In this document: one piece after another, positions 19,586-28,194 of the stretch
Position numbering within the stretch: the stretch's first letter is position 1
How the letters are laid out: every line of letters begins with the position of its first letter
Source of the DNA: a virus
Length of the DNA stretch: 52,693 nucleotides
Strand: one strand, 5' to 3'
Virus record (IMG/VR): IMGVR_UViG_3300045988_154063
Span: 1-52,693 of that record
Translations under genes and position numbers: made by a program
The notes under the pieces: generated by a model
Seen by the model: the letters and a program-made list of their open reading frames with translations, nothing else
Databases searched by the model: none
Told to the model about the DNA's origin: nothing

Positions 19586-20055
19586 AATACATACTCCGCT
19601 TGTCGCTTCGCCACTGTATAAGGAAGATGTTGTAGTTTTGCATAACAAATGAACATTCCATACCCTATTCATATGCAAAAAATGCCATTATGGACTTCCT
19701 GCCTTGCGTCTTTTTTTATTGAGGTTTGTTTCGCACTCACATTCCTCTCTCGCATATCGTCTATAACATCTTGAATTACCCGACTGCGGTGCCGTTCTCG
19801 CTCTAAATGGTGGTGACTACCAACAGATTATCGTGTTGTAGAGTTGCACGCATTGCTAATACAATCATGGGTATTTTGGGTAAAATAAAAAGTTCCATTC
19901 GAAAATTGTATTGAATGTTTTAGGGGAACACCTATCTCGAATAGAACTTTTGATTTATTAGCAATGTAAAATGATAGTATTGATAAATGCTCCCCAACAT
20001 TCAAGTACATAATACTCAATAATAAGGGGAAAGTCAAGCGATTTACATTACTTTT

Positions 20056-20505
20056 TTAAATTTTAGTATAAATTGTTAAATCTTTGCCTTTAAAGAAGCT
20101 TTCGAGGGCTGATTTTACATAAGTTACTTGTTTTGAACCGAAGTACAAGGGAACTGCAATTTTTTTATCTAACCACCCGAGATTTTCCATAACGTCATAA
20201 ACGTGTTGTAAGGTGTCGATAAAGTATATTTCGTCAAAGTTAGACTTGCTTACGCCACTTGCGTCGTAGTCGTAAAGGGCAGGAAACATTGAGATAATAA
20301 ATTGTTTTTCTACTCTTGTAATAAGGCAAGTACCAATTCTTAACCCTTTTGCTTCTCTAAGCAAACTTATATTGTAATATACGTTAGGATATTTGACGTC
20401 AATTGCTTTATTGATTTCTCCGCTCATAGAAGAGAACGTACCGAAGCAATGAATAATGACTTCGCAATCGCTTTCAGACATTTTAATGTGTTTTTCTACT
20501 TTCAT
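20056..20505 (-). CDS. Macro-domain-like protein, a possible ADP-ribose binding or processing protein
   Basis: 149 aa. The block DVMENLGWLDKKIAVPLYFGSKQ resembles the C-terminal macro motif (IAFPaISTGiyG), and the N-terminal ...IIHCFGTFSSMSGEI... resembles the IVNAAN...GGGV region. The match is weak and was judged by eye. Confidence 0.3.
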   Translation of the reverse strand: MKVEKHIKMSESDCEVIIHCFGTFSSMSGEINKAIDVKYPNVYYNISLLREAKGLRIGTCLITRVEKQFIISMFPALYDYDASGVSKSNFDEIYFIDTLQHVYDVMENLGWLDKKIAVPLYFGSKQVTYVKSALESFFKGKDLTIYTKI

Positions 20506-20511
20506 AATTAT

Positions 20512-21090
20512 TTACCCCTTTTTAAACTCATTAAGTATTTCTTGTGCCGACATATGTTGTTCTTGCACCACAATGTTAGTTACGGGAGCGTCGTTATCTC
20601 TCATACCGAAGTTCGCCTTAGCGATAAAGATAGAGGGGATAGCGGGAACTTTTTCTTCGAGCATTGCTTGCATAAGCCTGTCGGCGAGCGTATCTTTAAT
20701 AAACCTGCACATTTCGCCACGTTCGGACTTTTCTAACAGAATACTGTTGAATGTTGCGGAAGATATATTCATAAAGTTACAAAACGTATTAACAGTGGGA
20801 GTAAAAACGGTTTTTTTATTGATTTCTCGGCAAATATAACAAAATAACTGCCATACGTCTATAAAATCTTCGATTTCAAACTTTCTTTGTATTCTATCAC
20901 GGAAAAACCCGATAGGGCAAAGCACGTTATCCAAAATAAAGAGGTTTTTACTGCCTAATTCTTCGTCAAAGTCGTGTTCCTCTAACACTCTTAACGCATT
21001 GTCTTTCGCCTTTGTAAGGGCTGTCAAGCGATTTTCAGGCGTGTTTTCTAACGATTTATCTCGTTTTTGTATTATTTTTGCCGATGGCAT
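20512..21090 (-). CDS. Hypothetical protein (moron between TerL and portal)
   Basis: 192 aa with no recognisable motif. It is inserted in the packaging module between the terminase and portal genes. Confidence 0.3.
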   Translation of the reverse strand: MPSAKIIQKRDKSLENTPENRLTALTKAKDNALRVLEEHDFDEELGSKNLFILDNVLCPIGFFRDRIQRKFEIEDFIDVWQLFCYICREINKKTVFTPTVNTFCNFMNISSATFNSILLEKSERGEMCRFIKDTLADRLMQAMLEEKVPAIPSIFIAKANFGMRDNDAPVTNIVVQEQHMSAQEILNEFKKG

Positions 21091-21104
21091 AACATATCAT
21101 CTCC

Positions 21105-23114
21105 TTAAAAAGGTCTATTTTTATGAGGTTTAACAAAGTTTTTGTTGTTTGCGTTGATAATAATTTTATCGGCGAACATAGCAAGGCTGTCAGGGAAGTC
21201 GTCGTGTTCGCTTTTATTACCGTCAAAATTGATTAACTGATGAACGGCATAACCGAGTTCCGTTTTGGGGTTTTTCGCTTTTTCCGAGGGGAAAACAATG
21301 TTATGTATAATCGTATCAGCCGCATTGTTTATTCTGGCAAGTTTATTCGCCGTACTATACACTTGTATAAGTTCTACAAGTTTTTCGGCGTTAGGGCTTT
21401 TATCTTTAATCTTAGACTTTAACGCCACTCCTAAGCTCGTATCCGTGTTTTCTTCATACGCTATCTTTATTATTCTATGAGTAAATATTTTACTTACTAT
21501 TTTATCGTATAACTGTAATACTGATTTTCTCTGATATATAACATCTACCAAATAATACATACCGCTTTTTTCATGGTATCTTAAAATAGGCATAGACAAG
21601 AAGTCGTTTGCTTTTCTTCTTGTGGGGTCAAGAGCGGCGAACGCATAGCCCGAAAATTCGTCCATAGGCGGTAATTCGTCGTAGAACTGTAAAAACTCTT
21701 TTGCAAAGATTAAACCGTCCGCAGGGATAGGTTTCTGCCGCCATATGCACCTGTAATCGTACTCTGGCAAACTGTTTCTCTTTTTTGCCAAGTCTTCATT
21801 GCTTATGAACTCTGGAAACGCACTGTTACCGTACTCGTCCTCGCAGTCGTTTATTATTACAATAGTCTTTTTATCAGCCGATATAAAAGTATTTTTAAAT
21901 CTTTCGTCTTTTGTATAACCGTCTAACAAAGCCTTGCTCATTTCCGTGGAGAACACGTCCTCGGGGTTGAACATTGTGCCTGTAAGCAGTATTTTTTTCT
22001 TGTTTTGGTTTTCAAATCTGTCCTGAAAGTCGCCGTTGAACAAATTACATATTCTCATATGTATTGCCATATTAGAACTTTCTTGCTGTCCTCTTGACGG
22101 GTCGTCGAACATTCCTAACTGACATCTTACGGAGTTTATCGCACTATCTCTCGTCTTAAAAATAGAACTTGTAGGTGTATACTTTGCACCCCTTAAACTC
22201 CATTCCTCTTCCGCACCTTTCTCAAACGGTATAAACTTTCCGTCTTTCGTTACATACTCGTTTAATTCTGGATATAAATCAAGTATAAGCGGGTTAAGAA
22301 GAAGCCCAATCGTCTGTCGGCTTTGCCCTAATATATTGTTTTGTTCGTTGCCTACTCTCAAACACCCGCCTTTCTCCTGCAAGTTCCTCGCCAACACCAT
22401 AAACATTTCATTCATAGTATTGCATACAAAACTCTTTCCACTACTCGGCATTGTAGAAAAGATTATCAATTCGGGTTCAATCTTATTCATTTTCCCGCCG
22501 TCGGGCATTCTCATACCGAATATGTTAAGCAACATCTGGTTCGCCCACCATACCGCACTCCTCAATACCCGCATTCGGCTCGGATAACTCTTTTCCCCCT
22601 TTTCTTGCTCCAAATACTGTATATTGTAATGTATAAAGTACCTCCCAGCCATTGCCATACTCTTCTTCCTTATCACTTTATACAAGTATTCAACATTGAT
22701 TATCTGTTCAATGCTCCCGTCCACACCCTTAACTTCCGTCTTTTCACTCCTTTCACTACACCACCCCCTTACTCTCTTTCTTTCTCCATCATCTACCTTA
22801 TACTTATCACTTACATAATACCTCTCTTCTTTCCCACTCTTCTTTATCCCTATGTAATCTCCATACATAATATACCTTAATAAAGCATTCACCCTCGGCA
22901 CGATATACTCATAACACCACACACTTGCCGTGTAATCGTCTTGCGTATCATACACCATCGCCGCTAACTTGTGCATCGCTATCAATCGGTTAAACTCTAC
23001 CTGTATATCATACCCCTTTCCACCTATTACATAAAAACCGTCGGCACCCCTCAATGCCTCCATTACTTTCCAACTCTCTCTTAACCCCTCACTAATCTCT
23101 TTCCCCATATTCAT
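21105..23114 (-). CDS. terL: Terminase large subunit
   Basis: 669 aa. The C-terminal nuclease motifs are present (AFAALDPTRR, and EHDDFPDSLAMFA matching the DDxxDAL signature). A Walker-A-like PSSGKS is present, and the protein has an N-terminal extension of about 170 aa. Confidence 0.65.
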   Translation of the reverse strand: MNMGKEISEGLRESWKVMEALRGADGFYVIGGKGYDIQVEFNRLIAMHKLAAMVYDTQDDYTASVWCYEYIVPRVNALLRYIMYGDYIGIKKSGKEERYYVSDKYKVDDGERKRVRGWCSERSEKTEVKGVDGSIEQIINVEYLYKVIRKKSMAMAGRYFIHYNIQYLEQEKGEKSYPSRMRVLRSAVWWANQMLLNIFGMRMPDGGKMNKIEPELIIFSTMPSSGKSFVCNTMNEMFMVLARNLQEKGGCLRVGNEQNNILGQSRQTIGLLLNPLILDLYPELNEYVTKDGKFIPFEKGAEEEWSLRGAKYTPTSSIFKTRDSAINSVRCQLGMFDDPSRGQQESSNMAIHMRICNLFNGDFQDRFENQNKKKILLTGTMFNPEDVFSTEMSKALLDGYTKDERFKNTFISADKKTIVIINDCEDEYGNSAFPEFISNEDLAKKRNSLPEYDYRCIWRQKPIPADGLIFAKEFLQFYDELPPMDEFSGYAFAALDPTRRKANDFLSMPILRYHEKSGMYYLVDVIYQRKSVLQLYDKIVSKIFTHRIIKIAYEENTDTSLGVALKSKIKDKSPNAEKLVELIQVYSTANKLARINNAADTIIHNIVFPSEKAKNPKTELGYAVHQLINFDGNKSEHDDFPDSLAMFADKIIINANNKNFVKPHKNRPF

Positions 23115-23317
23115 ACCGTCCCCTTAAATAGGTTCTTCTTTAATTTCTTGTTCTCTTGCTCAAACGATATCCCCTCATTTATGTGCGTCTGACACCGCCT
23201 GTCCTCATATACTCCTATCTCTATACTCCACTCTCTCCCACCTATCAGCTGCTTGTCTACCTCTTCCCAACTCCCACCTTTCGTCTTTATCTCTCTCTTA
23301 TCACTCTTGCTCTTCAT
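23111..23317 (-). CDS. Hypothetical protein
   Basis: 68 aa ORF overlapping the start of TerL by 4 nt. Confidence 0.3.
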   Translation of the reverse strand: MKSKSDKREIKTKGGSWEEVDKQLIGGREWSIEIGVYEDRRCQTHINEGISFEQENKKLKKNLFKGTV

Positions 23318-23534
23318 AACCTTTCTTATACTCTCCCTTTAATATCTTGCTTTCCCCTATCTTTAACTTCCTGCACCAATCTTCTACCTCCACCACTTTC
23401 CACATCTTGTCCTCTCGCCTTACCGCCTGAAATACCCACTGCCTGCTCACCCCCAACTTTTCACCAACTTCCTTATAAGTCCAACCCCTGTTCTTAAACA
23501 CCTTTAAAAACCGCTTGCCTATCTCATTGCTCAT
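23301..23534 (-). CDS. HTH protein, a small terminase subunit candidate
   Basis: 77 aa, first gene of the late operon. It has a helix-turn-helix (TYKEVGEKLGVSRQWVFQAV) and an AGGAG ribosome-binding site 9 nt upstream. Confidence 0.4.
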   Translation of the reverse strand: MSNEIGKRFLKVFKNRGWTYKEVGEKLGVSRQWVFQAVRREDKMWKVVEVEDWCRKLKIGESKILKGEYKKGYEEQE

Positions 23535-23557
23535 TTATATTAACTCCTATCACCACT

Positions 23558-23629
23558 TGTCAAGGATTACTTGACACCTTTTTTATTACTATACCACCTC
23601 TTTTTTCACTTGTCAAGGATTATTTGACA
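23558..23629 (-). promoter_or_regulatory. Late-operon promoter (TTGACA-17-TATAGT on the minus strand) with two copies of the palindromic operator TGTCAAGGATTA(C/T)TTGACA
   Basis: On the minus strand the -35 is encoded at 23616..23611 and the -10 at 23593..23588. Inverted repeat copies lie at 23558..23576 (overlapping the transcription start and leader) and 23611..23629 (overlapping the -35). Confidence 0.55.
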
Positions 23630-23839
23630 ACTCTTTGATTGCTTGACACTTTTATGTTTGGGAAATTGGGAGAGGGAGTATGTTAAGTTTTATTGACACC
23701 TTTTATTTTTTGAGAATTACTCGGGGGAGTACCAACACCGCCCTCGGTCGTTCTTCAAATAGGGGACAGCCCCGCCGCGCCCATTAAAAAAAAGAATAAA
23801 AAATATTTATAAAAACTTTTATAAACTATATAAAAATAG

Positions 23840-23868
23840 TTGCATTATAAAATCTTTCATGTTATAAT
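23840..23868 (+). promoter_or_regulatory. Sigma-A-type promoter TTGCAT-17-TATAAT driving the GC-rich noncoding locus
   Basis: TTGCAT is at 23840..23845 and TATAAT at 23863..23868, separated by a 17 nt spacer. Confidence 0.55.
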
Positions 23869-23876
23869 GAGCGTAG

Positions 23877-24195
23877 CGAAAAGCTAAAGAGCACAGCCCG
23901 CAACCCCTCCGCCATTCTGGCAAGGTTGCGAGACCGGCGCACGAAGTCCGAGAGCGGGAAAACGACGGAAAAGCCCGCATGGGCTGTCGCGAAGCAAGAA
24001 GGTTGAAAATGGTTCAAAACGGCGGCAACATGCCGCAACTATGAGCAGAGCACGCATGCGAGGTCGTTAGGCGCATGCATGTGGCGGGGGCTGAAATGCC
24101 CGTAAAAAGAGAGTCGCAACCGATGACAAGGCGCACGCACTCCCCGCGATAACGTCGCATGTAACGGCGGTAAGATAGGGCGTTACAAGTTTTTT
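23877..24195 (+). ncRNA. Candidate structured ncRNA of unknown family: GC-rich, ORF-free and bounded by a promoter and terminators
   Basis: About 60-65% GC in a genome of about 40% GC, with no ORF of 60 aa or more in any frame. Internal repeated motifs are GGCGCACG (x2), AACGGCGG (x2) and CGCATG (x3), and there are many local GC helices (gcggcaacatgccgc, agcccgcatgggct, gcgggg...ccccgc). Terminator 1 is at 24160..24195 (tgtaacg/cgttaca followed by TTTTTT) and terminator 2 at 24258..24284 (agccatg/catggct followed by TTTTT). Confidence 0.45.
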
Positions 24196-24257
24196 GTTTG
24201 AGATTACTTTTTTATTATTCTTTTTTCTGATAAAAATAGCACACATAAAAAGAACAG

Positions 24258-24284
24258 AGCCATGTTATTATTGCATGGCTTTTT
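24258..24284 (+). terminator. Rho-independent terminator, second of two after the ncRNA candidate
   Basis: A 7 bp stem (agccatg/catggct) with a 9 nt loop is followed by a U-run. Confidence 0.5.
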
Positions 24285-24554
24285 GAGTGCAAAGAGTTTT
24301 TCGGGGCTGTAAAGGTCAACTGCTTGACAGCATCACCGCCCCGCCTCACGTAGTTATATATTACAATATAAGCATTACTACAATATATAATATATAATAT
24401 TCAAGCGTTATATCTTGTAATATACTATCGTATAATATAAACTTCCGTACTCATTATATTTTTTCTTATACGTTTTTTAATATAAATAAAAAGCGTATAA
24501 CCATTTACATGAGTAAATCATGTATAAATATTTTTTTGAGGAGGTTAAAAAAAA

Positions 24555-24874
24555 TGGGTTATAAAGTTTACCGCGCGGGTTATTGTGAGCTTCAAACGGT
24601 TTTAAATCATTCTGATAACGTTGTTAAAATCGGGAGCGGTTCGGGCGTTTACGGTTGGAACTGGTCGGCGTATGTCGTTCCCACGACGAACGGCATGCCC
24701 GTTATAGTTTGCACGGGTTACCGCGATTTATGCGGCGAACGCGTGGAAGGTATCGCACAATTTGAAGAAAACGCAAGAGCGATTTATAACGCGGGCGAAG
24801 GTTGGCAAACGACCGCCGAAAAACAGCACAAAAACGCTTTAGCCCTCGGCGATTATATCGCAAGCAAAATATAA
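24555..24874 (+). CDS. Hypothetical early protein
   Basis: 106 aa counted from the ATG that has a GGAGG ribosome-binding site 10 nt upstream. It is the first gene of the plus-strand arm. Confidence 0.45.
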
Positions 24875-24890
24875 AAGCGAGGTTTTAAAA

Positions 24891-25082
24891 ATGAAAATAT
24901 ATTTTTTCGTAAGTAAAAACAATTACAATGACATAATAACAATTTATTATTCGGACGATAAACATGACACAGAAAAATTGACTTTTACGGGTTACACGGT
25001 AAAGCAAGCAATAAAACGCATGCGGGAAGTATTCGGTTTGAAAAATAAACACGTTATTATTATCGGGGGAGGACAAGCATGA
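24891..25082 (+). CDS. Hypothetical protein
   Basis: 63 aa with a ribosome-binding site. Confidence 0.35.
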   Translation: MKIYFFVSKNNYNDIITIYYSDDKHDTEKLTFTGYTVKQAIKRMREVFGLKNKHVIIIGGGQA

Positions 25083-25222
25083 CAATAACGGCATTAAAGG
25101 CGGCAATCGGGTTGATTATCGCCCGTCAAGCCGCACACGGCAACAAGGAAGAACAAAAACGCATAAACGCAAAACTTGATAAATTGTACGAATTAAAAGC
25201 AATTTTATTATCGCAAAAATAA
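25079..25222 (+). CDS. Hypothetical small protein
   Basis: 47 aa, coupled to the upstream gene through an ATGA overlap. It falls below the 60 aa cutoff of the ORF track. Confidence 0.25.
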   Translation: MTITALKAAIGLIIARQAAHGNKEEQKRINAKLDKLYELKAILLSQK

Positions 25223-25306
25223 CAGAGCGGAACGCCTGCGGGCGTTTTAATGTCACGGCGCACACGGTCGCAAGTGCCGACAGCGCAAAAACGGAGGTAT
25301 AAAAAA

Positions 25307-25702
25307 ATGTTAAGAACAAACAGCAAAAAAGCAATCGAAAATTTGAAAAAATGGACGGTCGAACATTTCGACGCGGACGGGTACAACGATTTTAACGGCG
25401 ATGAAAATAATTTTTCGGATTGTGCGAAGTATATATATCGCGTTTTCCTGCGTGAAAAATATAAAGGCGCGGAGAATTACTATCGCAATGCAAGCATGCA
25501 AGACATCTTTACAGATTGGTGTGCGGGCTTGCCGTCGGTACTTGATACCGCCGATTATTATTACACGCGCAACGCCGTTGACGTGCTCGGCGAAATACTC
25601 GAAGAAACCGAAGAAGAAAAAGCGCGCTATTCACGGACGCAAGCCGAAAATCTTTTATCGGCGTTGTTATGGCTGCATATATCGAAAAGCGCAAGAAGTT
25701 AA
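25307..25702 (+). CDS. Hypothetical protein
   Basis: 131 aa counted from the ATG preceded by ACGGAGGT. Confidence 0.4.
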   Translation: MLRTNSKKAIENLKKWTVEHFDADGYNDFNGDENNFSDCAKYIYRVFLREKYKGAENYYRNASMQDIFTDWCAGLPSVLDTADYYYTRNAVDVLGEILEETEEEKARYSRTQAENLLSALLWLHISKSARS

Positions 25703-25707
25703 AGATT

Positions 25708-25890
25708 ATGAAATTTTTACAAGGTTACTACACGGACAACGACGGCGAGATTTACAAGTTAAAAGAAAAAATAAACGGCGGCGCAATATTTATTGAATGT
25801 GCATACATTTTCAAAAAAGGCATTATCGAAAGTGAACGAACGACCTTTTTTTCAAATAGTGATATCGAAGAAAATTTAAAAAGGCATTAA
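25708..25890 (+). CDS. Hypothetical protein
   Basis: About 60 aa, with an uncertain start. Confidence 0.25.
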   Translation: MKFLQGYYTDNDGEIYKLKEKINGGAIFIECAYIFKKGIIESERTTFFSNSDIEENLKRH

Positions 25891-25939
25891 AACGAACGCC
25901 GCCCGTCGGCGGCATATCCGACGGAAAGGTATTTTTATT

Positions 25940-26640
25940 ATGAAAAAAGAAATTAACGATTTAACTGGAAGAAAATTTGGAAGATTGACAGTATTAGAAC
26001 GTGGAACTAATGATAATTCACGAGGAACAAATGGTGGTGCGAATGTGAATGTGGAAACAAGGTTTTAGTTAGCAAGCATAGTCTTATGTGGGGGCTTACG
26101 AAGTCTTGCGGTTGTTATCAAAAAGAAAAATCAAGAGAAAACGGAAAACGAAATAAAAGATATAACACATATGATTTATCAGGTGATTTTGGAAAAGGAT
26201 ATACGTCAAAAGGAGAAGAATTCTGGTTTGACAAAGAAGATTACGATAAAATAAAAGATTATTGTTGGTATTTTGATAAAAAGAGTGGTTGTCTATACGC
26301 GCAATTGCCTGATACAAGAAAAAGGATAGCCTTGCATAGACTGGTTATGGGCTTTCCCAAAGGGAAAATGGTCAGCCATATCACTCATGAAACATTTAAT
26401 CGATACGATAATAGAAAATGCAATTTGAAAATTGGTTCAATGAAAGAAAATGCAAGAAACACCAAACTATTATCTATGAAAAACTCAGAATTACAGAAAA
26501 AGGCAGAATTACTCGAAGCACTCGTAAACGATTTATGCGAAGCAACTTCTATAGAACAAACTTACGAACGTCTCTTAAGGCTCGGAACGGATATCGGAAT
26601 AACCGTTGAAGAATTACAAGATATTATCAAAGGAGAATAA
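25940..26640 (+). pseudogene. HNH homing endonuclease interrupted by a -1 frameshift
   Basis: Frame 2 (25940..26068) encodes the canonical N-terminus MKK..LTGRKFGRLTVLERG. The conserved continuation KWWCECECGNKV...HSLMWGLTKSCGC and the HNH core (ALHRLVMG...SHITH...NRYDNRKCNL) lie in frame 1, which is open from 26017. The shift occurs near the aaa run at about 26028. Confidence 0.6.
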
Positions 26641-26644
26641 AATA

Positions 26645-26869
26645 ATGAAAGAATGGACTTTAAAATGGCACGAAACGAACAAGGAACTGCCCACGGAAAG
26701 CGGCGAATATCTTGTCGCACAAATATCGAAATACACGGGCGAAGTTTCGTATGTAATAACAAGCAATTATAGCGTACGGCATAAAGCGTTTAACGCAAGC
26801 GACAAACACGACACCGCCGAATACGCAACATTTTACCCCTTTTGGGCGGAGTTACCGAAAACAATATGA
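26645..26869 (+). CDS. DUF551-like phage protein
   Basis: 74 aa with the W...ELP..SGEYLV...FWAELP pattern. Confidence 0.35.
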   Translation: MKEWTLKWHETNKELPTESGEYLVAQISKYTGEVSYVITSNYSVRHKAFNASDKHDTAEYATFYPFWAELPKTI

Positions 26870-27879
26870 GTAAAGAATTAGATTTTAATTTTATATCGGA
26901 CAGCGATTGCATAGGTCAAACTGTGCAAACGCTATTCCGACAAGTCGGAGTGCCTGTTATTCTTTTAGGTTATAAAGAAAACGACTTTTACTATAAAGCA
27001 TATTATGCGCTTGTCAATAACGCACAACTACCGAGCCTTAAAAGGGCGTTTAAAGCCGTGGAATTTGCCCTGCTTAGCAAGTATGCAAACATATCGCTAT
27101 CGCACGAAATTGACGGCGTTGCGGGCGCACTGTTCGCTATATCGATAGAGAAAAACGACCGTTCGTTTATATCACTTGAAAACGTGAAAGACAAACTTGC
27201 TCCGAACGAATATTTTATCGGCATTGACGAAAAAACGGGCGAAGTCGTGAAAAACAATTTGCTTGACTGCCCGCACTTGCTTATAGCGGGCGCAAGCGGG
27301 AGCGGTAAAAGCACTTTTCTGCATAACTTTATATCGTCTTTTGTCGATAAAAAGCCTGACAACGTGGCGTTTATTCTTATTGATACAAAGCAAGTTGAAT
27401 TTGCCCGCTATAAAGCGAAAAAATACGAAGGGCATGTTTGTAAATGTATAGCAACCGACATTGACACGGCTACCGCTGTTTTGGTTGCACTGTGCAACTT
27501 TATTGACGAACGTTACGCCGAAATGGCGGCAAGCGGCGATACAATTTACAAAGGTACAAAACAAGTGCTTATAATTGACGAGTTTGCCGACCTGATTATG
27601 CGGGGCAATCGCTATATAGAAAAAGCACTTATCAAAATAGCGCAACTCGGTCGTGCGTGCGGCGTGCATTTGGTTCTCGCAACGCAACGCCCCTCCGCAA
27701 GCGTATGCACAGGTCTTATTAAAGCAAATATCCCTTGCCGTATCGCTTTTCAATGCGCAAGCAAGGTTGACAGCCGTGTAGTGTTAGAACAAAACGGTGC
27801 CGAAGCACTTAGAGGAAAAGGTGAAGCATTATATCGCAATGCGCAAGGCGTTGTCAGAAAGATACAATGTTTTTCCTAA
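26866..27879 (+). CDS. FtsK/SpoIIIE-family DNA translocase-like ATPase
   Basis: Walker A GASGSGKST, Walker B LIIDEFADL, and the ATQRPS motif characteristic of the FtsK family. Confidence 0.65.
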   Translation: MSKELDFNFISDSDCIGQTVQTLFRQVGVPVILLGYKENDFYYKAYYALVNNAQLPSLKRAFKAVEFALLSKYANISLSHEIDGVAGALFAISIEKNDRSFISLENVKDKLAPNEYFIGIDEKTGEVVKNNLLDCPHLLIAGASGSGKSTFLHNFISSFVDKKPDNVAFILIDTKQVEFARYKAKKYEGHVCKCIATDIDTATAVLVALCNFIDERYAEMAASGDTIYKGTKQVLIIDEFADLIMRGNRYIEKALIKIAQLGRACGVHLVLATQRPSASVCTGLIKANIPCRIAFQCASKVDSRVVLEQNGAEALRGKGEALYRNAQGVVRKIQCFS

Positions 27880-27966
27880 CATTTTTATGCAAGTATATGA
27901 AAATGCTTGCAATTAAACACAAAATATAGTAAAATAATATCGTGGAAATAGGAGAGATTGAAAGCA

Positions 27967-28194
27967 ATGAACGAGAAAATCACAAGGGAAAATGTAGGCG
28001 AAAGATTAAAAGCGGCAAGAAAAATAGGCAAGTATACATGGGCAAAGACAAGCGAAATAACGGGCTTGACAATGCAGACGATATACAACGTAGAAACGGG
28101 CAAACACCCGAGAATTACTATCGGAACGCTTAAAATCTTAGCGGAATTTATAGAGGGCGTAGAAAATGGCAAAGATTTTAGAAGTGAAGTATAA
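27967..28194 (+). CDS. XRE-family HTH DNA-binding protein
   Basis: Helix-turn-helix GKYTWAKTSEITGLTMQTIYNVETG. Confidence 0.5.
   Translation: MNEKITRENVGERLKAARKIGKYTWAKTSEITGLTMQTIYNVETGKHPRITIGTLKILAEFIEGVENGKDFRSEV

Noticed and set aside
19828-20037. A 69 aa minus-strand ORF lies in the 750 bp late-operon gap.
   Set aside because: It has a TTG start, no ribosome-binding site and odd composition, so it is more likely noncoding transcript.
1004-23497. Numerous plus-strand ORFs of 60-180 aa lie inside the minus-strand late genes (for example 1004..1297, 9225..9659, 10188..10595, 17822..18205 and 22341..22880).
   Set aside because: They are antisense shadows of longer well-supported CDSs, with low-complexity composition and no ribosome-binding sites.
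23877-24195. I considered whether the GC-rich locus is a tmRNA, a tRNA, group II intron domain V or a hammerhead ribozyme.
   Set aside because: It has no tRNA-like T-loop (GGTTCGAATCC) and no tag-peptide reading frame. The gagc...GNRA domain V hairpin pattern is not satisfied, because the loop is aggtcgttagg. There is no CUGAUGA...GAAA core and no adjacent reverse transcriptase. It stays unclassified.
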